This document shows positions 25,275-34,850 of a stretch of 64,000 bases of DNA, piece after piece. Where the stretch lies: assembly GCA_963770895.1 (NCBI GenBank), contig CAVYRF010000002.1, positions 5,728,001 through 5,792,000 on the forward strand. The letters run 5' to 3'. The notes beneath the pieces are model-generated. The model was not told the origin of the DNA and searched no databases. It saw nothing but the letters and a program-made list of their open reading frames with translations. Positions within the stretch are counted from its first letter, which is position 1, and every line of letters starts with the position of its first letter. The translations under genes were made by a program, and so were the position numbers. The stretch comes from an uncultured Acidobacteriota bacterium. Lineage in GTDB: Bacteria; Acidobacteriota; Thermoanaerobaculia; Multivoradales; UBA5704.

Positions 25275-26684
25275 ATGTCCAGTCGAGAGTACACCGTTGG
25301 TCTGACCGGCACGTTCGACGTCGCCAACTACGGCGACCTGATGTTCCCCCTGCTGGCGCAGCGCGAGCTGGCCGATCGCCTGGGTCCGGTGAAGGTCGTC
25401 GCGTTTTCCTACGGCGCCAGGAGCGAACCGGAATGGCCCTTCCCGGTGACCTCGGTTGCCGAGCTGCCGCGGCTCGCCGGCACGCTGGACGCGCTGCTGG
25501 TCGGCGGCGGCTACCTGGTGCGCTTCGACAAGGACGTCGCCCCCGGCTACGCGCCGCCGACGGCGCAGATCCACCACCCGACGGGCTACTGGCTGACGCC
25601 GGCGCTGCTCGCCCTGCAACACGGCGTGCCGCTGCTGTGGAACGCGCCGGGCAGCAACCACGACGACCTGCCGGCGTGGGCCGAGCCGCTGTTGCAGCTG
25701 GTGTTTTCGCAGAGCTCCTACATCGCGGTGCGCGACGAGCCGTCGCGCGCGGCGGTGGCGCGCTACGCCGGCGCGCAGCAGGTGCAGCTGGTGCCGGATA
25801 CGGTGTTCGGGCTGATGCGCTGGCTGCCCGAGCATCCGACCTTCGACTTCAACCGGCTGCGCGACGCCTGCGGCTTGACCGGGCCGTACATCGTCATCCA
25901 GGGCGTGCGCGGCCTCGAAGGCTGCTACCGCTTCCTGCAACGGCATGCCGACCGCCTGCGCGGCTACCGCTTCCTCGCCCTGCCGATCGGCCCGGTCAAC
26001 GGCGACGACGACACGCGCCCGGACGCCGACCTGCCGGGCCTGGTGCGGCTGCCGGTCTGGCCCCACCCGTTCGTGCTCGCCGAGCTGATCCGTCAGTCGG
26101 CGGCGGTGATCGGTCCCAGCTACCACCTGGCGATCACGGCGCTCAACTCCGGCGTGTCGGTGTTCACCCCGGCGGATCTCAACCTCGGCAAGTTTCCCGG
26201 CCTGGCCGGCTTCGACGGGCTCTATCCCCTGCCCGCGGACCCGGCCAGCCCAGGCAGCTCGGCGGCGGACGAGGACCAGGACGTGGACAGCTTCGTCGCC
26301 CGCCTGCAAAGAGCGCCCGTCGCGCCGCGCGTGACCGCGGCGGCCGAGCGCGTCGGCGCACACTGGGACCAGGTCGCCCAGGTCGTGCGCGGCGGCAGAA
26401 CCGAAGGTGCGGTCGCCATCGGGCGGTTCTGGCAGTCGCTGCCCGGGCTGCTCGAAGGGCATGCCTCGCAGACCGCCGGCGCGGTCGCGGCGCTCGCCGC
26501 GCGCGGCGAACGGGCGGCGGAGCGCGAACGCAGCAAGAGCCGCATCGCCGAGCTCACCCGCCTGGTCGCCCTGGCGCGCGGCGAGATCGCGGCGCGGGAC
26601 CGGCGCATCGCGCAGTTTCTCGCCTCGACCTCCTGGAAGCTCACCGCCCCCATGCGGTTTGTCGGCAAGCGCCTGGGGCGGTAG
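25275..26684 (+). CDS. Polysaccharide pyruvyl transferase family protein with C-terminal coiled coil
   Basis: NYGDL, LLVGGG, IAVRDEPS, VPDT, SYHLAI; C-terminal LASTSWKLTAPMR. Confidence 0.8.
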   Translation: MSSREYTVGLTGTFDVANYGDLMFPLLAQRELADRLGPVKVVAFSYGARSEPEWPFPVTSVAELPRLAGTLDALLVGGGYLVRFDKDVAPGYAPPTAQIHHPTGYWLTPALLALQHGVPLLWNAPGSNHDDLPAWAEPLLQLVFSQSSYIAVRDEPSRAAVARYAGAQQVQLVPDTVFGLMRWLPEHPTFDFNRLRDACGLTGPYIVIQGVRGLEGCYRFLQRHADRLRGYRFLALPIGPVNGDDDTRPDADLPGLVRLPVWPHPFVLAELIRQSAAVIGPSYHLAITALNSGVSVFTPADLNLGKFPGLAGFDGLYPLPADPASPGSSAADEDQDVDSFVARLQRAPVAPRVTAAAERVGAHWDQVAQVVRGGRTEGAVAIGRFWQSLPGLLEGHASQTAGAVAALAARGERAAERERSKSRIAELTRLVALARGEIAARDRRIAQFLASTSWKLTAPMRFVGKRLGR

Positions 26685-26768
26685 GCGCCGGCACGGTCGA
26701 GAGCGAGCAGGGCAGGTAGAGCAGGTCGAGCAAGAGCAACACGACGCGGCAGAACCAAGAGGACACCG

Positions 26769-27470
26769 ATGCTGGACGTCACCGCCATTTCCCGCAGCAA
26801 CCTCAACAGCGAACCTTACTCCTGGGCCGAGGTCGGCGGCCTGTATTCGCCCAAGGGCGCAGCGGCGCTCGCCCAGACCTACCCGCGCGACCACTTCAAG
26901 ACCCTATCGGGGCACGACGGCGAAAAGCAGTTCCTCTATGAGTCGCGCTCGCTGGTCGGCATGGGGGCGGCCACCGCCTCGTTCGCCGGCGAGCTGAGCA
27001 AGGCCTGGCTGGAGCTGGCGCAGGACCTGCTGTCGCCGGAGTACCGCAGCGCCATGTCGCTGCTCACCGGCTACGACCTGACCGCCACGGCCATCGAGGC
27101 CAACGTCTTCCACTACGGGCCGGGTTCGTCCCTGGGACCGCACCTGGACCTGCCGGCCAAGCTGGTCACCCACGTGCTCTACTTCAATCGCACCTGGAAC
27201 GCCGCCGACGGCGGCTGCCTGAGCATCCTGCGCTCCAAGAACCCCGACGACCAGGCCGCCACCATCCTGCCCCTGGTCGGCAACTCCTCCATCCTGGTCC
27301 GCTCCGACTGCTCCTGGCACGCCGTCCAGCCCGTCGTCCCCGGCAGCCGCAAGTCCCGCCGCAGCGTCACGGTCACCTTCTACCGCACCGGCGCCGTGAG
27401 CACCATGTGGCCGCCCGGCGACAACACCCCGCTGCACACCTACGACCCCGCCGGGCTCGACCCCGATTGA
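26769..27470 (+). CDS. 2OG-Fe(II) oxygenase
   Basis: HxD (PHLD), distal His (SWHAV), RxS (RRS), WNAADGGCL. Confidence 0.85.
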   Translation: MLDVTAISRSNLNSEPYSWAEVGGLYSPKGAAALAQTYPRDHFKTLSGHDGEKQFLYESRSLVGMGAATASFAGELSKAWLELAQDLLSPEYRSAMSLLTGYDLTATAIEANVFHYGPGSSLGPHLDLPAKLVTHVLYFNRTWNAADGGCLSILRSKNPDDQAATILPLVGNSSILVRSDCSWHAVQPVVPGSRKSRRSVTVTFYRTGAVSTMWPPGDNTPLHTYDPAGLDPD

Positions 27471-27494
27471 CCGCCGGCAGTGCTGGCGGCGCCG

Positions 27495-27896
27495 TCAGCG
27501 CAGCAGCGCGAAGCCGGCGGCGCCGCGCAGCTTGCGGTCGAAGGTGACCGTCTCGGAGCAACCGGCCTGACGGCATTGCCAGCCCAGCAGGTAGTCGGGA
27601 AAATCGGCGCCGCCGCGGCGAAAATCGGCCAGCGCGCGGCGGACGGAGGCGCGGTCCTGCACCTCGAACAGACGGGTATCCAGGATGCGCTCGATGACGC
27701 TCGCGGCCTGATTGCGGTCGAGGCCGTACGGCTGGCCGCGCAGCGTCCAGCTCAGCTCGCACAGGGCGATAGTGCTGATGAAGAACGATTCGCCAGCGTC
27801 TTCGGCGGCGGCAAACAGAGTGGCGACCTGCTGCGTCTGCTGCGCATCGTCGGCGGTGACGAAGCGCAGCAGGACGTTGGTATCCAGACCCTTCAC
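27495..27896 (-). CDS. vapC: PIN-domain toxin (VapC family)
   Basis: GLDTNVLLR, CELSW, DFPD, TFDRKL; start overlaps antitoxin stop. Confidence 0.9.
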   Translation of the reverse strand: MKGLDTNVLLRFVTADDAQQTQQVATLFAAAEDAGESFFISTIALCELSWTLRGQPYGLDRNQAASVIERILDTRLFEVQDRASVRRALADFRRGGADFPDYLLGWQCRQAGCSETVTFDRKLRGAAGFALLR

Positions 27897-28162
27897 GCCT
27901 GTCCGCGGCGGATGCGCTGGTCGTCGTCCACCAGCAGGCGAGTCAGCTCGCTGTCCAGGTCCTCATCCGAAGGCTTTGCACGATCGGGCTGGTGGACCAT
28001 GCCCCGGAGCTCGCGGAACGAGCCGCCGACCGACTGCACGTGCACGGTACCGTCGCGGCGGATCACGAACTCCAGGCGGTCGCCTTCGTCCAGATGAAGG
28101 TGCTGCCGTACCTCCTTGGGAAGCGTGATCTGTCCTTTGCTGGTCAAGGTCGCAATGACCAT
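27893..28162 (-). CDS. vapB: AbrB/MazE/SpoVT-family antitoxin
   Basis: ATLTSKGQITLPKEVRQHLHLDEGDRLEF; ATG at 28162 after GGAGG. Confidence 0.88.
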   Translation of the reverse strand: MVIATLTSKGQITLPKEVRQHLHLDEGDRLEFVIRRDGTVHVQSVGGSFRELRGMVHQPDRAKPSDEDLDSELTRLLVDDDQRIRRGQA

Positions 28163-28164
28163 GG

Positions 28165-28183
28165 TCCTTACCTCCAGTAAGGA
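28165..28183. promoter_or_regulatory. Inverted-repeat operator of vapBC
   Basis: TCCTTAC-CTCCA-GTAAGGA (7-5-7) overlapping the antitoxin RBS. Confidence 0.6.
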
Positions 28184-28232
28184 GGATAACATGAGTCTGC
28201 GATAGGGTGGCAGGCCTCGCCGGCGGCTGGGG

Positions 28233-29108
28233 TCAGGCGGCGGCTTTGGCGAACAGGCGGAAGAAGTTCTGGCGGGTGCGGTCGGTGACGGTGGCCAGGG
28301 GGGTGCCGGTGGCGGCGGCCAGGGCGGCGGCCACTTCGACGACGTAGGCGGGTTGGTTGGGCTGGCCGCGGTGGGGGACGGGGGCCAGGTACGGGGTGTC
28401 GGTTTCGACCAGGGCGCGGTCGGCGGGGAGGACGGCGAGCACCTCGCGGACGTTGGCCGCCTTGGGGAAGGTGATCATGCCGGACAGGCCGAGATAGAAG
28501 CCGCGGGCGACCAGGTCGCGGGCCATGGCCAGACCGCCGGCGAAGGAGTGGAAGTCGGCGGACAGGGCGGCGAACTCGGGCTCGGCGACGACGGCGAGCA
28601 TGGCGTCGTTGCTGTCGCGGTTGTGCACGACGACCGGCAGGCCGAGGTCGAGGGCGACCCTCCACTGCTGGCGCAGGACCTGGCCCTGCACGTCGCGGGG
28701 CGCGCGGTCGTAGTGGAAATCCAGGCCGCACTCCCCCACTGCCACGGCCTTGGGGTCGGCGAGCAGCGACCGCAGCCGCTCGGCGTCGCCGGGGCGCCAG
28801 CTGGCGGCCTCGTGCGGGTGGACGCCCAGGGCGCACCAGACGTCGGCGTGGCGGTGGCAGAGGGCAAGGATGTCGTCGGCTTCGTCGAGGCGGATCGCCG
28901 GCACCAGGAACCCGCGCACGCCGCGCTCGCGCGCCGCATCCAGCGCGCGCTCGCGCGCGTCGGCGGGCAGCGACTGCAAATGGCAGTGCGAATCGACGAT
29001 GCCGGCGGCGAGGGTGGCGCCGGCCGGCGGCAGCGATGGCGGCAGCGGATGAGCGCCGGAGCCGGCGAGGGCGGCGGGCGTCTGGCCGGGGGGCGCCGGC
29101 TGGCTCAT
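28233..29108 (-). CDS. tatD: TatD family hydrolase/DNase
   Basis: DSHCH, GVHPH, GECGLD, VHNR, ETDTPYLAP; directly downstream of metG. Confidence 0.92.
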   Translation of the reverse strand: MSQPAPPGQTPAALAGSGAHPLPPSLPPAGATLAAGIVDSHCHLQSLPADARERALDAARERGVRGFLVPAIRLDEADDILALCHRHADVWCALGVHPHEAASWRPGDAERLRSLLADPKAVAVGECGLDFHYDRAPRDVQGQVLRQQWRVALDLGLPVVVHNRDSNDAMLAVVAEPEFAALSADFHSFAGGLAMARDLVARGFYLGLSGMITFPKAANVREVLAVLPADRALVETDTPYLAPVPHRGQPNQPAYVVEVAAALAAATGTPLATVTDRTRQNFFRLFAKAAA

Positions 29109-31165
29109 CGCACCTCGGAGCCGGAGGGCACCGGCTCCAGCGGCCGCAGCAGCACGGGCTTGCCGTCGACGGTGGCGGCCAGCACCATGCCTTGCGAGGA
29201 GACGCCCATCAAGGTCGCCGGCTCCAGGTTGGCGATCATCACCACCTGATTGCCGATCAGCTCTTCGGGCCGGTAGGCGAGCGCGATGCCGGCCACCACC
29301 GTGCGCGTCTCGCCGCCCAGGTCCAGGGTCAGCTTGAGCAGCTTCTTGGACTTGGGGACCGGCTCGGCGGCGCGCACCGTCGCCACCCTCAGCTGCACCT
29401 CCTTGAAACGGTCGATCGAGATGCGCGGCGCGGCGGCGTCAGGCGATGGCGCGCCGCCGGGCGGCGCGGGCGCGGCGGCGGGTGGTGGCGCCGGCGCCGC
29501 GGGCGAGGTACCGGCCGCCGGCGACGCGGCCGGCGGTGCAGGCGCCGCCGGCGCGGCGGATGATCCGGACGATGCCGGCGATGCCGGTGATGCGGGTGCG
29601 GGGGACGTCGCTTCGGCCACGTAGGCCTCCTTGTCGATACGCGGAAAGATGGGCGCCGGAGCGGCCAGCGGCACGCCGGTGGGCAGGCCGCCCCAGGCCA
29701 TGGCGTCGAGCCGATCGGGCACCTGGGCGCCCACGGCATGGAGCACCTGGGCCGCGGTGCGGGGCATCACCGGCAGCAGGCCGACGGCGACGATGCGGGT
29801 CGCTTCGAGCGCGTTCCACAGGATGCGGGACAGCGTTTCGGTCGGGCCTTCGGTCTTGATCAGCTTCCACGGCGCGCGCGTCACCAGGTACTGGTTGACC
29901 TCGGCCAGCAGGCGCCACAGGCTTTCCAGGGCGCGCTGAAACGCCAGCTCGTCCATCGCCGCGCGATAGTCGGCAGTGGCCTGGGCTGCGGCGGCGATCA
30001 GCGGATTGTCGCCGCAGGCGTGCGGCGGGGTGCGGCCGTCGAAGGCGCTGCGCGAGAGCGTCACGGCGCGGCTCACGGTGTTGCCCAGGTCGTTGGCCAG
30101 GTCGTTGTTGTAGCGATCGATCACCGCTTCGTCGGAAAAACTGGCGTCCTGACCGAACGCCATCTCACGCAGCAGGAAGTAGCGCACGCTGTCGGCGCCG
30201 AAGCGGGCGATCAGGTCGTCGGGGCGGACGACGTTGCCGGCCGACTTGGACACCTTGCGGCCGTCGCGCTGCCACCAGCCGTGCGCCCACACCGTGGTCG
30301 GCAGCGGCAGGCCGGCCGACATCAGGAAGGCCGGCCAGTAGACGGCGTGGAAGCGCAGGATGTCCTTGCCCACCATGTGCAGGCGGACGTCGCCGTCGGC
30401 CCAGAAGTGGCGGTACAGCTCGCGCTGGGCAGGGTCGTCCGCGCCCAGGCCCAGGGCGCTGATGTAGTTGGTCAGCGCGTCGAGCCAGACGTAGACCGTC
30501 TGCCCCGGCCGGCCGGGAAAGGGGATGCCCCATTCGAGGTTGGCGCGGCTCACCGACAGGTCGCGCAGCCCCCCGGCGACGAACGACCGCACCTCGTTGG
30601 CGCGGCTCTGCGGGCGCACCGGCTCGGGGCGGCTGTCGTACCAGTCGAGCAGGCGCTGCTGGTAGCGCGACAGGCGAAAGAAAATGTTTTCTTCCGACTT
30701 CCACTCCACCGGCGTTTCGTGCACCGGGCACAGGCGCCCCGGCAGCAGCTCCTTTTCGGTGTAAAACGTTTCGCACGGCGAGCAGTACCAGCCCTCGTGC
30801 ACCGCCGCGTACAGGTCGCCGGCGGCGTCCAGCAGGCGGATCATCTCCTGCACGCCGCGCTCGTGGCGCGGCTCCGAGGTGCGCACAAAGTCGTCGTAGG
30901 AAAAATCCAGCCGCCCGCGCAGCTCGCGGTAGTGGCCCACCACGCGATCGGCCAGCTGGATCGGCAGGATGCCTTCGCGCTTGGCGGCGCGCTCGATGTT
31001 CTGGCCGTGCTCGTCGGTGCCGGTCAGGAAGCGCACGTCCTCCCCCAGCATGCGGTGGTAGCGCGCCAGGGCGTCGCAGATCGTGGTGGTGAAGATGTGC
31101 CCGATGTGGGGCAGATCGTTCACGTAGTAGATCGGCGTGGTGACGTAGTAGGTCGGTCTGGGCAT
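29105..31165 (-). CDS. metG: Methionine--tRNA ligase with C-terminal tRNA-binding domain
   Basis: YYVTTPIYYVN, HIGH, GTDEHG, GKDILRFH, KVSKS; C-terminal OB fold; ATG at 31165. Confidence 0.96.
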   Translation of the reverse strand: MPRPTYYVTTPIYYVNDLPHIGHIFTTTICDALARYHRMLGEDVRFLTGTDEHGQNIERAAKREGILPIQLADRVVGHYRELRGRLDFSYDDFVRTSEPRHERGVQEMIRLLDAAGDLYAAVHEGWYCSPCETFYTEKELLPGRLCPVHETPVEWKSEENIFFRLSRYQQRLLDWYDSRPEPVRPQSRANEVRSFVAGGLRDLSVSRANLEWGIPFPGRPGQTVYVWLDALTNYISALGLGADDPAQRELYRHFWADGDVRLHMVGKDILRFHAVYWPAFLMSAGLPLPTTVWAHGWWQRDGRKVSKSAGNVVRPDDLIARFGADSVRYFLLREMAFGQDASFSDEAVIDRYNNDLANDLGNTVSRAVTLSRSAFDGRTPPHACGDNPLIAAAAQATADYRAAMDELAFQRALESLWRLLAEVNQYLVTRAPWKLIKTEGPTETLSRILWNALEATRIVAVGLLPVMPRTAAQVLHAVGAQVPDRLDAMAWGGLPTGVPLAAPAPIFPRIDKEAYVAEATSPAPASPASPASSGSSAAPAAPAPPAASPAAGTSPAAPAPPPAAAPAPPGGAPSPDAAAPRISIDRFKEVQLRVATVRAAEPVPKSKKLLKLTLDLGGETRTVVAGIALAYRPEELIGNQVVMIANLEPATLMGVSSQGMVLAATVDGKPVLLRPLEPVPSGSEVR

Positions 31166-31205
31166 TCTGGCATCTCCCCCACCCGCGGCGCGGTCGCCTG
31201 CAACT

Positions 31206-32156
31206 CTACTGGACCGGCGGCGCCACTTCTTCGGCGGTGAACCGGTAATGGTTGCCGCAGAAGACGCAATCCGCCTCGATCGCGCCGTCTTCTTCGGCCA
31301 GGTACTGGCGGTCGTCGTCCGACAGAAACACCAGGGTCTCGAGCAGGCGCGCGCGGCTGCAGCGGCAGCGGTAGCGCAGCGGCGCCGTCTCCTTGAGCTC
31401 GCGCTCGAAGCCGTCGAGCACCGCGTCCAGCGCCGCCTCCAGGCCGCCGTCTTCGAGCAGCCAGCTGACCCCGGCGATGGCGGCGACGTTGCGCTCCAGG
31501 CGGGCGATCGCCTCCTCGGAGGCGCCGGGCAGGATCTCGACGATGATGCCGCCCGCCGCCGCGACCCCCGTCTGCCGGCCGAGCACGCCCACCAGCACGG
31601 CCGAGCGGGTCTGCACGCTCTGCTCCAGGTAGTGGGCCACGTCGTCGCCGATCTCGCCCGAAACCAGCTGCACGTGGCTGTGATAGCTGCCGCCGTCGCC
31701 AAGCTCGCGCAAGACCCGCAGGTGGCCGGCGCCGACGGCGCGGCCCACGGCCAGCTTGCCGTTGGGGAGGTCCGGCACCTGGACGTGGGGGTCGCCGACG
31801 GTGGCGCGGATGTTGCCGTCCTGGTCCACCTCGACGATCACCCGCCGCAGCGGCCCGTCGCCGCGGATGTCCAGCACCAGCCGGCTGGTCGTCTTGGTCG
31901 CCAGCCGCTGCAGCATCGCCGCCGCGGCGATCGACCGCCCCAGCGCCGCGGCGGCCACCGGGCTGAGATCCAGGCGCTCGGTCACTTCGCGCACGATCGC
32001 GGTCACGTCCACCGCCACCCAGCGCAGCGCCCCGCGCCCGGCCAGACCCAGCTGCAGCCGGCGGTCGGCCTGGGGCGCTTCCGCCTCCGCACCGGCGTCG
32101 GCCGGCGTCGGGGCGGGGGCAACGGCGGTGGCATGCTCTTTCCGGCTGGTGTTCAT
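31206..32156 (-). CDS. hslO: Hsp33 redox-regulated chaperone
   Basis: LVSGEIGDDVAHYLEQSVQ, C-terminal CRC...CVFC zinc motif. Confidence 0.92.
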   Translation of the reverse strand: MNTSRKEHATAVAPAPTPADAGAEAEAPQADRRLQLGLAGRGALRWVAVDVTAIVREVTERLDLSPVAAAALGRSIAAAAMLQRLATKTTSRLVLDIRGDGPLRRVIVEVDQDGNIRATVGDPHVQVPDLPNGKLAVGRAVGAGHLRVLRELGDGGSYHSHVQLVSGEIGDDVAHYLEQSVQTRSAVLVGVLGRQTGVAAAGGIIVEILPGASEEAIARLERNVAAIAGVSWLLEDGGLEAALDAVLDGFERELKETAPLRYRCRCSRARLLETLVFLSDDDRQYLAEEDGAIEADCVFCGNHYRFTAEEVAPPVQ

Positions 32157-32259
32157 GGGGTCCTTCTTTCGTCCAGGTTGTTGGATGCCGGGGTGGAGGT
32201 CCGGCCGGGCGCCCGCGAAAGGCTCAGGCGGCCGATCCGGCCCCGGCCACCGGCCGGCG

Positions 32260-33834
32260 TCACGCCGCCGGCGCCGCTGCCAGCGCGGCGCGGTAGATCT
32301 CGCGCCAGGGAACGCCCGCCGCCAGGGCCAGCCGGCGGCAGTCTTCGTATTCCGGCGCCAGCGCCAGCGGTCGCCCGCCCAGCCTGCCGCGCTTGACCCG
32401 CACCCTGCCGAAGGCGGTTTCCACCTCCAGCGAGTCGCGCTCGGCTTCGAAGCGCGCCGCCAGGTGATAACGGCAGCCGAGCGATCCAGATTCCACCAGC
32501 AGGATTCCGGCCAGCTCGGCCACCTGCGGCGGCCGGCACAGCAGGCTGACCAGCGTGCCGGGCCGGCTCTTCTTCATCATCACCGGCGTGAAATAGACGT
32601 CGAGTGCGCCCGCCGCCAGCAGCCGCTCCATCAGGTAGCCGAACGCCTCCCCGGCCAGGTCGTCCACCTCGCATTCGACGACCGCCACGACCGGCATGCC
32701 GGGAGCGACGCCGGAGCCGACCCCGGCGGCGCCCCAGGCCTGCTCCGCCATCGCATGGCCGCGCAGCAGGCGTACCGCATTGGGCTGCGTCGGCAGGTCC
32801 TTGCGGCCCAGGCCGTAGCCGGTCGCCTCCAACACCAGGGGCGGCAGGTCCACGTAGGCGTCCACCAGCTCCGCCAGCAGCACGGCGCCGGTCGGCGTCG
32901 TCAGCTCGCCGCCCGGCCCACCGTGGATCGGCACCCCGTGGAGCAGCTCGGCGGTCGCCGGCGCCGGCACCGGCAGCTCGCCGTGCGCCGTCCACACCCG
33001 CCCGCCGCCGACGTTGACGGCGCCGCAGGTCAGCCGCTCCGGCGCCAGGTGCTCCATCGCCGCCGCGGCGCCCACCAGGTCGACGATCGAATCCACCGCG
33101 CCGACCTCATGGAAGTGCACGCGATCGATCGGCATGCCATGCGCCTTGGCCTCCGCCTCCCCCAGCCGCGCAAACAGCCGCAGCGCCCGCTCGCGCACCG
33201 CAGGCGTCAGCCCGCTGGTCGCCAGCAGCGTACGGATCTGCGCCAGGTCGCGCTGCCCGCGCGGATCGTGCGGATCCGCCACACCATGAGAATGCTCCGT
33301 CCCCGGCTGGTGGGGGCCGTGGGGGTGGCCGTCCGCGTGAGAATGGCCGTGCTCGTGAGCGTCCGCCGCGGCCTGGTCATGGGAATGACCGTGGTCGTGC
33401 GCCGCCTCATGGTCATGGGAGTGGCCGTGGCTGTGCGAGTGCTCGGGTCCGTGCTCGTGCGGGTGAGAATGGCTGTGCGAGTGCTCTGTTCCGTGTTCGT
33501 GCGGATGGGAGTGGCTGGTCGAGTGCCCCGGTTCATGCGGGTGCGCATGCGCGTGGGCATGGCCGTTTTCGCCGTGCGCCGGGGCGTGCCGTGCAGGCCC
33601 GGCCGCCTCGTCGGGGTCGGGGCCTTCGATGGGAGCGCCGTCGATCAGCACGCGAAACCGGGTGCCGGTGAAGCCGCCGCGGGACGCCTTGCGCTGCTCG
33701 ACCGTCACGCCGCGCAGGCCCAGGCTGGCAACCGCGGCAGCCACGACGTCGAGCGGCATCCCCAGGTCCAGGCACGCCCCCAGAAACATGTCGCCCGCAA
33801 TGCCGCTCGCGCAATCCAGGTGGTATCTCGCCAT
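32260..33834 (-). CDS. larC: Nickel pincer cofactor biosynthesis protein LarC
   Basis: DCASGIAGDMFLGA, HFHEVGAVDSIVD, HGELPVPAPAT, ELTTPTGA, MKKSRPG, PEYEDC; His-rich insert. Confidence 0.93.
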   Translation of the reverse strand: MARYHLDCASGIAGDMFLGACLDLGMPLDVVAAAVASLGLRGVTVEQRKASRGGFTGTRFRVLIDGAPIEGPDPDEAAGPARHAPAHGENGHAHAHAHPHEPGHSTSHSHPHEHGTEHSHSHSHPHEHGPEHSHSHGHSHDHEAAHDHGHSHDQAAADAHEHGHSHADGHPHGPHQPGTEHSHGVADPHDPRGQRDLAQIRTLLATSGLTPAVRERALRLFARLGEAEAKAHGMPIDRVHFHEVGAVDSIVDLVGAAAAMEHLAPERLTCGAVNVGGGRVWTAHGELPVPAPATAELLHGVPIHGGPGGELTTPTGAVLLAELVDAYVDLPPLVLEATGYGLGRKDLPTQPNAVRLLRGHAMAEQAWGAAGVGSGVAPGMPVVAVVECEVDDLAGEAFGYLMERLLAAGALDVYFTPVMMKKSRPGTLVSLLCRPPQVAELAGILLVESGSLGCRYHLAARFEAERDSLEVETAFGRVRVKRGRLGGRPLALAPEYEDCRRLALAAGVPWREIYRAALAAAPAA

Positions 33835-33912
33835 GGCGGCGCGAGCCTACCATGCCGCGGTCAAACGCCCTGGCCGCTGCCGCCGGGTCCTTCCGGCTGC
33901 GCGGCGGAGCGG

Positions 33913-34653
33913 CTACCAGCCGCCGCGTTGGTGGAGGGAGACCCAGAGGCCGAAGGTGCCGATGATCAGGTGGTCGAGCAAATCGACGCCGACGGCGGAG
34001 GCGGCGGTGGCCATGCGGCGGGTGAAGAGGAGGTCTTCGGAGCTGGGCGTGGGGTCGCCGCTCGGGTGGGTGTGGAACAGGACGATGCCCGCGGCTTCGC
34101 GCAGCAGCGCCTCTTTGAGGATCTGGCGCGGCTCGACCGTGGCGCGGTGCAGCGTGCCGCGAAAGAAGTCCCGGTCGCCGAGCCAGCAATGCCGGGCGTC
34201 GAGGAAGACCGCTCCCATCACCTCCTGGTTGTGCAGCTGGTAGCGCAGGCCCAGGTAGCGCACCACCTCAGCTGGGCGGTCGAGCGGCCGCCGGGCTTGC
34301 ATCCTGGGCCTGGCGAGGCGGCGGCCGAACTCGACGGCGGCCAGAATGGTTGCGGCCTTGGCGTTCCTGAGGCCTCGCCGGCGCAGCGACAGCACGCTGG
34401 CGCCGGCCAGCCCGTCCAGCCCGCCGTGCTCGCGCAGCAGCCGGGCGGCGATCTGCAGCACCGGCTTGCCGGCGATGCCGACGCGCAGCAGCACCGCCAC
34501 CAGCTCGATGTCGGAGAGCGCGGCGGCACCCTGCTCCAGCAGCCTCTCGCGCGGGCGCTCGCGCTTCGCCAGGTCTTTGATCCGGGGCCGTCTGTCGCCA
34601 TCTTCGTCCGGCAGTCCCAGCGGCTCGCCGGCCAGCGAAGTTGCCACCAGCAC
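33913..34653 (-). CDS. radC: RadC/JAB-domain protein
   Basis: ERPRERLLEQGAAALSDIELVAVLL, HTHPSGDPTPSSED, LLDHLII; start codon uncertain. Confidence 0.88.
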   Translation of the reverse strand: MLVATSLAGEPLGLPDEDGDRRPRIKDLAKRERPRERLLEQGAAALSDIELVAVLLRVGIAGKPVLQIAARLLREHGGLDGLAGASVLSLRRRGLRNAKAATILAAVEFGRRLARPRMQARRPLDRPAEVVRYLGLRYQLHNQEVMGAVFLDARHCWLGDRDFFRGTLHRATVEPRQILKEALLREAAGIVLFHTHPSGDPTPSSEDLLFTRRMATAASAVGVDLLDHLIIGTFGLWVSLHQRGGW

Positions 34654-34850
34654 CTGGCCGGGCGGTACCGGTAGCGCCGGAAGGTCGACAGACGCCGACG
34701 ATGCTGCCGGCAGCTCCCCGGACTGCGGCAGCTTCGCCGACGGCCTCCCAGGCTGAGTCGGAGCCGCCAGGAGCCTGGCGCGCGATGGCCGTGCCGGAGG
34801 CGATGCGCCCGGCGCCGGCGACGATGCTGCCGACGAGGACTGCGGGGGCT

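Noticed and set aside
26700-26745. Short GAGCA(G) reiterations between the pyruvyltransferase and oxygenase genes
   Set aside because: Irregular, short and without clear periodicity; no function can be supported.
23178-26894. 1238-aa ORF as a single giant protein
   Set aside because: Only the last 633 aa (from ATG 25079) look like a protein; the rest is antisense to the pyruvyltransferase gene, a high-GC shadow ORF.
33270-33590. Repetitive GTG/ATG-rich tract resembling a repeat array
   Set aside because: It encodes the His-rich insert of LarC; there is no constant repeat-spacer structure, so it is not CRISPR.
33913-34653. radC as a marker of an integrated mobile element
   Set aside because: Full-length chromosomal-type RadC at host GC among housekeeping genes; no integrase or att sites seen.
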